Positions 56,152 through 62,860 of a DNA stretch of 64,000 bases are shown in pieces. The first letter of the stretch is position 1, and each line of letters begins with the position of its first letter. The DNA comes from a virus (taxonomy: Duplodnaviria > Caudoviricetes): IMG/VR virus record IMGVR_UViG_3300049712_000011, positions 4,365 to 68,364 of that record, one strand, 5' to 3'. The translations under genes and the position numbers were made by a program. The notes under the pieces are model-generated. The model made no database searches. It was not told the DNA's origin and was given only the letters and a program-made list of their open reading frames with translations.

Positions 56152-56157
56152 TGAGAT

Positions 56158-56587
56158 ATGACCTCACAATGGACTGAAGAAGATTTTGAACCTCAGATTT
56201 GTGTGGTAGGAGTTATCCATAACCCGGAGAACCGGGATGAAATACTTCTCCAGAAGCACAAAAAGCTAGAGGCTTGGAATCTCCCTGGCGGCAAAGGCAC
56301 TCTCGAGGATAACCCATACGATGTGCTTGTAAGGGAGCTACAAGAAGAATGTGGAATCGCCGTAGCAGACGCATATCTGTATAAACACAAACTTATTACT
56401 GTCGAGCGTGACGGTAAGAAAATGAATGTACCGTTATATTGTGTTGAAGTATACCGGTGTAATTAAGAACTTGCAGGAAGATAAACATCCTATACAAGAA
56501 TTCCTTAATGCCTGGGAGAAAAAACGTCGTAACGAGCCTTTAACTCAAGCTTTGGAGTACTGGCTAGAGTTTGACTACGCAATTTAA
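56158..56587 (+). pseudogene. Nudix hydrolase split by a +1 frameshift near 56425
   Basis: Nudix box PGGK...RELQEECG; +1 frame continues MYRYIVLKYTGVIKNLQEDKH. Confidence 0.55.
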
Positions 56588-56597
56588 TTTTACTCAT

Positions 56598-56673
56598 GGC
56601 CCGGTCGTCTAATGGTTTAGGACACCTCCCTTTCACGGAGAAGACAGGAGTTCGATTCTCCTTCGGGCTACCA
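56598..56673 (+). tRNA. trnE: tRNA-Glu(TTC)
   Basis: Canonical cloverleaf, CCA. Confidence 0.92.
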
Positions 56674-56678
56674 ATTTT

Positions 56679-56870
56679 ATGGAAACGAAAACTAAAAAAG
56701 AGCTGCAACCTGGACAAGTCCGGGGACCTTACGAAAAAAATAAGCAGTGGTTCTACGAAACCGTGGAACTGGGTGAGTCTTGTGGTTTTGATGTCAAAGA
56801 AGAAGCTGAAAAGAATATCGAAGCTTACACTACCTGGTTCAAAGATAAGCAAGTTGAAGCTACTGTATGA
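56679..56870 (+). CDS. hypothetical protein
   Basis: 63 aa ORF. Confidence 0.55.
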   Translation: METKTKKELQPGQVRGPYEKNKQWFYETVELGESCGFDVKEEAEKNIEAYTTWFKDKQVEATV

Positions 56871-57142
56871 AGACTTTTGTAGAATCTACACCGTTTGCTG
56901 CGTACTTTAAATGTGACTGCGGCTGGTTAAACGAATGTTGGCAAGTCAGCAGCTGTTGCCCCAAGTGCGGTATTGGTGTTCAATATTTGCGCCGTGTTAC
57001 TGGCCGTTGGAATATCACTTACAACAAACCTGGAATATTTCGACAATTCCTTTATGCCATAACTTGGGCTCCCTTCTACGATGAAGTCAGCCGGGAATTT
57101 GAGGAAGGCAGAAAGTTCGGTTCAGCTGTACCGGTCAGCTAA
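56867..57142 (+). CDS. Zn-ribbon protein
   Basis: CDCG...CPKCG. Confidence 0.55.
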   Translation: MKTFVESTPFAAYFKCDCGWLNECWQVSSCCPKCGIGVQYLRRVTGRWNITYNKPGIFRQFLYAITWAPFYDEVSREFEEGRKFGSAVPVS

Positions 57143-57256
57143 TTAATTTAGAGCAGGTATCTGCTCAATTGGACAATGTGTCCTGGTGGGAATCGCACGA
57201 AGACGGTTTGGGAATCAACCCTACGTGTAGCAACACGATCTTCGAAATCTAATTAA
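57143..57256 (+). ncRNA. multibranch structured leader upstream of the RNA ligase
   Basis: GAGCAG/CTGCTC, GGAC/GTCC, CGAAGA/TCTTCG, GGTT/AACC, CGTG/CACG stems. Confidence 0.4.
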
Positions 57257-57257
57257 A

Positions 57258-58136
57258 ATGGGATACCTACATATAGACAACCTTTACAAGAACCAAGATG
57301 TTCTCCTTTTCAAAGAGTGCTACGCTCTTGAGAAGATTCACGGCACTTCTGCTCATTTGATATGGCACTTTCAGGATGGTAAGATCACTTATTCTTCCGG
57401 TGGTGCAAGTCACACGAACTTCCTTAAGTTGTTTCAAGATGACCTGCTGAGCCAGGCATTCAAACAACTAGGTGTGCTTGACCGTAATGTAACAGTTTAC
57501 GGAGAAGCCTACGGTGGCAAAGAGCAGGGAATGAGCGCCACGTATGGTAAGGAAATGAAGTTCATTGTTTTCGATGTTCAAATCGGGGACAGCTGGCTTT
57601 CAGTACCTCAAGCCGAAGATGTAGCAAAGAAGCTCGGTCTCGAGTTTGTTTACTACGTTAAGATTCCTACCACATTAGAAGCTCTAGATAAGGAGAGGGA
57701 CGCAGAATCTCAACAAGCCATTCGTAATGGAATGGGTCCTGGTAAGGCTCGTGAGGGTGTCGTTCTCCGGCCTCTTATCGAGGTTATCAAGAACAATGGA
57801 GCCCGAGTACTTTCTAAGCACAAGGGTGATGCGTTCAAGGAAACTGCTACACCGCGGAAGGTAGTAGATCCAGCACAAATGCAAATATTAGCTGATGCCC
57901 AAGCTGTGGCTGATGAGTGGGTAACTCTCACACGCCTGGAGCATGTGCTACAAAAGATTCCAGACCATGGCATGGAAAAGATGCGGGACATCTTAGCGGC
58001 TATGGTAGCGGACGTGCTGCGAGAGGGTATAGGTGAAATTGTGCCCTCTACAGCAGTGGAGAAAGCTATTGCTGGTAAGACTGCTGTGATGTACAAGTCT
58101 TACTTGAAAGCTAAGCTTCAGGAAATTGCAGTTTAA
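57258..58136 (+). CDS. RNA ligase (Rnl2-like nucleotidyltransferase)
   Basis: Motif I LEKIHGTS, III VYGEAYG, IIIa FIVFDV, IV REGVVLRP, V SKHK. Confidence 0.85.
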   Translation: MGYLHIDNLYKNQDVLLFKECYALEKIHGTSAHLIWHFQDGKITYSSGGASHTNFLKLFQDDLLSQAFKQLGVLDRNVTVYGEAYGGKEQGMSATYGKEMKFIVFDVQIGDSWLSVPQAEDVAKKLGLEFVYYVKIPTTLEALDKERDAESQQAIRNGMGPGKAREGVVLRPLIEVIKNNGARVLSKHKGDAFKETATPRKVVDPAQMQILADAQAVADEWVTLTRLEHVLQKIPDHGMEKMRDILAAMVADVLREGIGEIVPSTAVEKAIAGKTAVMYKSYLKAKLQEIAV

Positions 58137-58381
58137 GCAAATCACACGCTGCCGATAAAGCTAAACAGGTAGAGGAAGTTCGCGACTCCAGAAACTCGTA
58201 ATGGGAGGGCTGCTGGGTAACACTGGCAGCCCGACTTACCATATGTCAGGAGCAACCCTAAAACGTCCCAGTGTGTGAGTTCCACGTTATGAGGACATGG
58301 TTGGGGCAGTGGCTATTAGCACGCCACCACGAAAGTGAGATAAATGTGTGATCACGACAGAATCGCGGCTACATGCTAAAC
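58131..58381 (+). ncRNA. rnpB: RNase P RNA, minimal (about 250 nt)
   Basis: GAGGAAGTTCGCGACTCC and AGATAAATG..ACAGAATCGCGGCT with P4 (bulged U), P1, P2, P5 (CTCC/GGAG), P6 (AACTC/GAGTT), GAGCAA. Confidence 0.88.
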
Positions 58382-58478
58382 AATAGGAGTAAGACAATAT
58401 GACACAGCTAAACGCAAGATAAAAGTACCTGACAAGGTACGAGAGGAATTCGAGTTCTTCCTAAATACAGATCTCGAC

Positions 58479-58832
58479 ATGATAGGTAACGAAGTTGGAG
58501 TTAAGAGCGTAGATGATCCTAATGGATATTCAGCTCTTGAATGTTACTTCATGTTTGATAGTCAAGGTAAGCATTTGCCTTGTCGAGGAGTCGATAACTT
58601 AAATAAGGTTATACGAGGTAAGAAAAGTTGGAACTTGCAAGTGAAGCTATGGGCAGAAGACATGGGTAGCGAACTAGGTTTGCTGCTGATGCCTGAAGAG
58701 CTTCATGAATATTGTAATAGTCTACCTTCTTGGATAGAGAAATCTGTTCTTAATCAAGCTAAGAAAATCAAAATGAAGAATAACGATGGATACTGTCCTA
58801 GTTACATTTTGAAGGCGCTTGAAAACTTATAG
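58479..58832 (+). CDS. hypothetical protein (frame open from 58380)
   Basis: 117 aa from ATG; plausible N-terminal extension without a canonical start. Confidence 0.55.
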   Translation: MIGNEVGVKSVDDPNGYSALECYFMFDSQGKHLPCRGVDNLNKVIRGKKSWNLQVKLWAEDMGSELGLLLMPEELHEYCNSLPSWIEKSVLNQAKKIKMKNNDGYCPSYILKALENL

Positions 58833-58903
58833 GCGGTCCTCTGTGCGAGGTGACGAGACTCCAAATCTTGTCTTGGTCGGTTCGATTCCGACACCGCCTG
58901 CCA
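58831..58903 (+). tRNA. trnW: tRNA-Trp(CCA) with atypical short D-arm and 7-bp anticodon stem
   Basis: AGGCGGT/ACCGCCT, CTCCAAA loop, GTCGG-TTCGATT-CCGAC, G73, CCA. Confidence 0.8.
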
Positions 58904-58916
58904 ATTTTAAGAAATA

Positions 58917-59429
58917 ATGATTACAGTTAAAACAGTAAATAAACCAGGTAAAATTGATACAGCCTGGATCAGAACACAGCTGGCTAACCTGTATCCAGGT
59001 ACTGTTGCAGCTAAATGGAAACGAACATCAAAGAAAAATATTGCTGACGATGTGGTTCGTACCTTTATTCATCCTGGTAAGCCAACTATTGTAGTCACAG
59101 AGTTATTGGGTATCCTTTCCCCTGTGCAATTTTCAGAGCAACCAGATGGTGATAATCGTTTGATGGAAGAGCAGGTTATTGCTGCTGCTAAAACTATCAA
59201 ACATTGTGGTGATTACGGTCGACTACATGTTAATCACAACGATAAAGAAATTTGGTGGTGCGCAGGTGATGGTGACTGTAGTACAGAACAAGGTCACACA
59301 GGCTATGAGGAAATCAAGCTATTGCTAAAAGTTCCAGGGGTTAAAGTTGTTCATTTGGAAGCGGAATGCGAACCAGATGAAAACGATACTGAGTGGAAAT
59401 ATCTAGGCACATTTGGCATCACTGTATAG
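58917..59429 (+). CDS. hypothetical protein
   Basis: 170 aa ORF. Confidence 0.6.
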   Translation: MITVKTVNKPGKIDTAWIRTQLANLYPGTVAAKWKRTSKKNIADDVVRTFIHPGKPTIVVTELLGILSPVQFSEQPDGDNRLMEEQVIAAAKTIKHCGDYGRLHVNHNDKEIWWCAGDGDCSTEQGHTGYEEIKLLLKVPGVKVVHLEAECEPDENDTEWKYLGTFGITV

Positions 59430-59699
59430 CTAGTCCACTAGGCAGACGAGTATGTCTGTTGGATGACTAGCACTTGTCCTCTGTGTTCCCTTTCGATTTG
59501 AGCGACGTGAGCCGACGAAGGTCTTCGGATCTATACTGTGCAGTCTGTTTCTCTTACGATAGATAATATAGCGGAGGTTGCTTACCGACATGGCCTCTAG
59601 GGGATTCTGTTTGTAAGTTAGTACGCTTCAAACCGTACAACGAGGTGCGTCTCGTTAAACGACGGGGGACGGTAGGCATCATCCCGATACCACACCTAC
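59429..59699 (+). ncRNA. putative large structured ncRNA
   Basis: GCTAGTC/GACTAGC, GTCCTCTGT/ACGGGGGAC, GTTCCCT/AGGGATT, AACGAG/CTCGTT, GGTAGG/CCTACC. Confidence 0.5.
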
Positions 59700-59711
59700 C
59701 AGACTTTCCAT

Positions 59712-59770
59712 GGGCGCATAGCTCAAAGGTAGAGCCATATGAATTGAGGGTTCGAGTCCTTCTGCGTCCA
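59712..59770 (+). ncRNA. tRNA-Ala-like RNA lacking the anticodon arm
   Basis: GGGCGCA/TGCGTCC (G3:U70) and A73, full D- and T-arms, only 10 nt between them. Confidence 0.75.
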
Positions 59771-59778
59771 TACTATTT

Positions 59779-59982
59779 ATGCATCCTAGTCCTATTTACC
59801 CTGATACGTCTCCAGCTGCCAGGCGTAAGCGCAAGAATAAAGAACGTCATCGAGTGCAATTCCCTAAAAGAATTCATACTTGTAATAGATGTGGCGGGCA
59901 CGAGACGTGGTGTAGTTGTTGTGAAGTATTCTCTTGCCATGGAGATTGTAATGACGGATACGGTACTTGTATGTGCAGTTAA
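59779..59982 (+). CDS. small Cys-rich protein
   Basis: CNRC, CSCC, C..C..C. Confidence 0.55.
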   Translation: MHPSPIYPDTSPAARRKRKNKERHRVQFPKRIHTCNRCGGHETWCSCCEVFSCHGDCNDGYGTCMCS

Positions 59983-59986
59983 TTTA

Positions 59987-60120
59987 CTTGGGGCAGTGAC
60001 AGAAACGGTTACTTCTTATTGACAAAGACGGGGCTGGGTTCGAATCCCAGCGGCAACACAATATGTTGCTGTGGTGTAGCGGATAGCATCGAACACACTG
60101 TTTCAACTTTTCTCCCCAAG
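59987..60120 (+). ncRNA. circularly permuted tRNA-like RNA (YrlA/Y RNA-like topology)
   Basis: T-arm, then acceptor hairpin CGGCAAC/GTTGCTG, then D-arm; ends paired (CTTGGGG/CCCCAAG, GAAACGGT/ACTGTTTC). Confidence 0.7.
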
Positions 60121-60129
60121 GAGACTTTC

Positions 60130-60205
60130 GGGCTCGTAGCTCATTTGGTAGAGCGGCTGCCTTGCACGCAGTAGGTGGCAGGTTCGAATCCTGTCGGGTC
60201 CACCA
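60130..60205 (+). tRNA. trnA: tRNA-Ala(TGC)
   Basis: Canonical cloverleaf, G3:U70, CCA. Confidence 0.95.
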
Positions 60206-60329
60206 ATTAACACAGGTAGAAATACCTTCCGTAATGTCGGACGTCTGGGCCACGATAGTGTCCACCAATTTACCGCGTCTATATTGCTAGGCTTAGATCA
60301 GTAGGTGTTGCTGAAGCGGTTCCGTTTAT

Positions 60330-60407
60330 GGGGGTTTAGCTCAGTTAGGTAGAGCAACACCCTTTAATAAGGTGTACGGGTCGGTGGTTCAAATCCATCA
60401 GCCCCCA
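60330..60407 (+). tRNA. tRNA-Ile-like with a 9-nt anticodon loop (CTTTAATAA), no encoded CCA
   Basis: Ile-type body; ACACC/GGTGT stem; enlarged loop and variable region. Confidence 0.65.
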
Positions 60408-60414
60408 AACTTTA

Positions 60415-60491
60415 GGGGTCATAGCTCAGTTGGCTAGAGCGTCTGCATGGCATGCAGAAGGTCGTGGGTTCGAGTCCCACTGGCTCCACCA
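60415..60491 (+). tRNA. trnA: tRNA-Ala(GGC)
   Basis: Canonical cloverleaf, CCA. Confidence 0.95.
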
Positions 60492-60501
60492 GAATTCAAA
60501 A

Positions 60502-60741
60502 ATGAAAAAGAAGGTAGAATACGTAGTTACACTAGCGGAGCTTATGGCTCCTAAGATTGCTGAGATAGAAGCTAAGGATAACATAAAGCTACAAAATTGG
60601 ATCTTTTCTCCAATCGGGAATGCCAAGGTTGTCAACGGTGACTTGGATGCTAGTAAGATTACTATCACCTTCAGTGCCACCCTTGATGCTGAAAAGGTAG
60701 AAGCTGAAAATCTAGAGAGAAAGATTGACCTAAAGCTATGA
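60502..60741 (+). CDS. tandem family member 1 (ends ERKIDLKL)
   Basis: ATG at 60502; ATGA/GTGA-coupled series. Confidence 0.65.
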   Translation: MKKKVEYVVTLAELMAPKIAEIEAKDNIKLQNWIFSPIGNAKVVNGDLDASKITITFSATLDAEKVEAENLERKIDLKL

Positions 60742-61007
60742 CACAAGAAGTCGTACTCAAACTTACAATGACAGATTTGATGGAAATGATTGAACCAGCT
60801 TTAGTGGCTTCTGGATTTACTTTAATAGACTGGGCTGTTAATAGAGCTGATCCGTACGCTATCTACAATAGGTGTTCTAATGGTGCCAGAACCGAAGGTA
60901 GCAGAGCTCAGATTGAAATTAGGGCTACTAAGAACGTCAGCAATACTACAACTGACGTGGCTAAGTTAGTTGCGGAAGGCACTAGGAATATCTCGCTAAA
61001 GCTATGA
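60738..61007 (+). CDS. tandem family member 2 (ends TRNISLKL)
   Basis: Shared C-terminal motif. Confidence 0.65.
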   Translation: MTQEVVLKLTMTDLMEMIEPALVASGFTLIDWAVNRADPYAIYNRCSNGARTEGSRAQIEIRATKNVSNTTTDVAKLVAEGTRNISLKL

Positions 61008-61285
61008 AAGTAACCAAAACTGTTACCACAAATGTCGAAGTTTCCTTGATGAGTCTGGTAGCTGAAATGGTTAACAGGCTGGTTCAGGATGGTGATAATG
61101 TAGCTAACGTAGCAATATCGGTGTCCAGCCCATACTACAATGCTACATCTGTGGAGGCTACAACGGTCGACCGGCTCAACTGTACGTTGAAACTTAAGAT
61201 CACGAAAGTCATTGAAGAAGAGATAGGCGTTAAGCCTGGTAAGATTATTGATTCCGCAGAACGAAACATTTCCTTAAAACTGTGA
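61004..61285 (+). CDS. tandem family member 3 (ends ERNISLKL)
   Basis: Shared C-terminal motif. Confidence 0.65.
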   Translation: MKVTKTVTTNVEVSLMSLVAEMVNRLVQDGDNVANVAISVSSPYYNATSVEATTVDRLNCTLKLKITKVIEEEIGVKPGKIIDSAERNISLKL

Positions 61286-61575
61286 ACGCGACACAAACTA
61301 CAAAGATCGAAATTTCACTCAGAGACTTGCTGGCCCCTTACATCAAACGAATAGAATTGATGGACGGAGTAAAGCTTAAGGCTTTCACTCTGGTATCCAG
61401 CTCCAAAGGTAGCTTTGACCCAAGCATCATGTACATCTCTGAATACATGATTAACAACCCTGACTACACACTAAAGATGGACGTCGAGGTTGAGAAAACT
61501 TATACGATAGATCCATCTGAAGACCTTGTGGCTGCCGTTAACGAGCACGCCCGAAACATTACACTTACATTATGA
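61282..61575 (+). CDS. tandem family member 4 (ends ARNITLTL)
   Basis: Shared C-terminal motif. Confidence 0.65.
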   Translation: MNATQTTKIEISLRDLLAPYIKRIELMDGVKLKAFTLVSSSKGSFDPSIMYISEYMINNPDYTLKMDVEVEKTYTIDPSEDLVAAVNEHARNITLTL

Positions 61576-62021
61576 ACGAACAATTTATTAACGACCTTGT
61601 AGCAGCAGCTAAAGAAGCTGTAGCTAAAAATGGCGGTTCTGGCAAGCGCCCCGTCAAAGGTAGCTGTGCAGCTGTAAAAACTCCGGAAGTGGTTTTTCAA
61701 GCTGCAGGAGCTAATCCTAAGGCCACTGTCAAGCCACCTCCACCAACAGAGAATGACCTTCGTATAGCTGCAGAACGGCTAGGGCTGACTTACAATCCTC
61801 CGCCTGTTAAGGTTGCTACCGTGGGTGCAGGCAAGCCTAAGGTTGTTGAACACATGATTCCAGGTGTCGCTCACGGAGTGGCTTTGCAGCCTGGCTCAGA
61901 GCTGCGTTACTCCCATAGGGCATTGAAGAAGCTTATTATGGAAGACATAGCACGCCGAGGTAATGGTGGTGAATACGATATCGATTTTGATGATCTTGGA
62001 GCTGTTATAACAGCTCGATAA
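61572..62021 (+). CDS. hypothetical protein
   Basis: 149 aa, Pro/Ala-rich middle. Confidence 0.55.
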   Translation: MNEQFINDLVAAAKEAVAKNGGSGKRPVKGSCAAVKTPEVVFQAAGANPKATVKPPPPTENDLRIAAERLGLTYNPPPVKVATVGAGKPKVVEHMIPGVAHGVALQPGSELRYSHRALKKLIMEDIARRGNGGEYDIDFDDLGAVITAR

Positions 62022-62028
62022 AATTTCT

Positions 62029-62105
62029 GCATCCATAGCTCAATTGGTTAGAGCAGCGCCCTTTTAAGGCGAGGGTTGGGGGTTCGAGTCCCTCTGGGTG
62101 CACCA
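62029..62105 (+). tRNA. trnK: tRNA-Lys(TTT)
   Basis: Canonical cloverleaf, CCA. Confidence 0.93.
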
Positions 62106-62113
62106 ATTTAAGT

Positions 62114-62204
62114 GGGGACTGTTCCATGTGGCTGACTGTAAATCAGTTGTCTATAAATATACATGGCGGCTGACGAAGAGGTTCAACTCCTCCAGGCCCC
62201 ACCA
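62114..62204 (+). tRNA. trnY: atypical tRNA-Tyr(GTA): reduced D-arm, long variable arm, 8/4-like acceptor/T stems
   Basis: GCTGA-CTGTAAA-TCAGT, GAGG-TTCAACT-CCTC, A73, CCA. Confidence 0.7.
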
Positions 62205-62213
62205 CTTTAACTT

Positions 62214-62696
62214 GTGCAAAACGAAAAACTACAAGTATTGGAAGACGCGATAGAGTTTTTCAAGGACTTCTATCGTGTGAAGCTGTATGACGTGAAGTAC
62301 CTATTTGTTCCAGAGTCTAACCCCGTAGCGAATGGAACATACAATCGAGAGAGTCAATTGGTTATAGTCTACGGCATTGACCACAACCCAATTGACTCTT
62401 TATTGAACACTTTGTTTCATGAGTTATGGCATCATTACCAGTATTACATTGCCAGGACTCTGAAAGCTGAAAGTAAAGTATTCATAACCAGCAGTGAGTC
62501 TCTGTGTCAATCTGTTCCTTGGGATGAACCTAGAATTAGAGACATCTACCACTATCCGTACAAAGTTATGTATCGGACGTTCTTCTACAGCAAAGACGAA
62601 ACAGATGTTAAGTACTGGGATAAAGAATACGAGTTAGAAGCTCGTGACAAAGCAAGTATGCTCCATAAAGAATTCAAAAAGTCTAAACAAACATGA
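62214..62696 (+). CDS. HExxH zinc metallopeptidase-like protein
   Basis: NGTY...LFHELWHHYQ...ELEAR. Confidence 0.6.
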   Translation: MQNEKLQVLEDAIEFFKDFYRVKLYDVKYLFVPESNPVANGTYNRESQLVIVYGIDHNPIDSLLNTLFHELWHHYQYYIARTLKAESKVFITSSESLCQSVPWDEPRIRDIYHYPYKVMYRTFFYSKDETDVKYWDKEYELEARDKASMLHKEFKKSKQT

Positions 62697-62860
62697 AAAT
62701 ACTAGAACCTTTTCTCATAGGCCTACTGGCTGGGTTAGTCGTCGGTATGATTGCTGGTGCGACCTTGGTAACCGACCGGATGAAATCCGAAGCAATCAAG
62801 AATAACGTGGGTCGGTACAACCCTACGAATGCCGCTTTTGAATGGCAAGTTTGCAAATAA
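62693..62860 (+). CDS. small membrane protein (55 aa)
   Basis: N-terminal TM helix; not in ORF track. Confidence 0.5.
   Translation: MKILEPFLIGLLAGLVVGMIAGATLVTDRMKSEAIKNNVGRYNPTNAAFEWQVCK

Noticed and set aside
59987-60060. Ordinary tRNA-Ser(TGA) or tRNA-Val(GAC) read from 59988
   Set aside because: The upstream TTGGGGC does not pair with CGGCAAC; the correct partner GTTGCTG lies downstream, so the element is better explained as permuted.
59429-60120. tmRNA (standard or two-piece)
   Set aside because: No arrangement gives an Ala acceptor flanking a tag frame and pseudoknots; the possible DNIAEVAYRHGL* frame lacks a typical tag ending.
55731-60501. ORF-track N-terminal extensions or ORFs overlapping tRNAs (55731, 56596, 59645, 59984, 60430)
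   Set aside because: They are read-through translations of tRNA or ncRNA sequence; true starts lie after the RNA genes or the ORFs are spurious.
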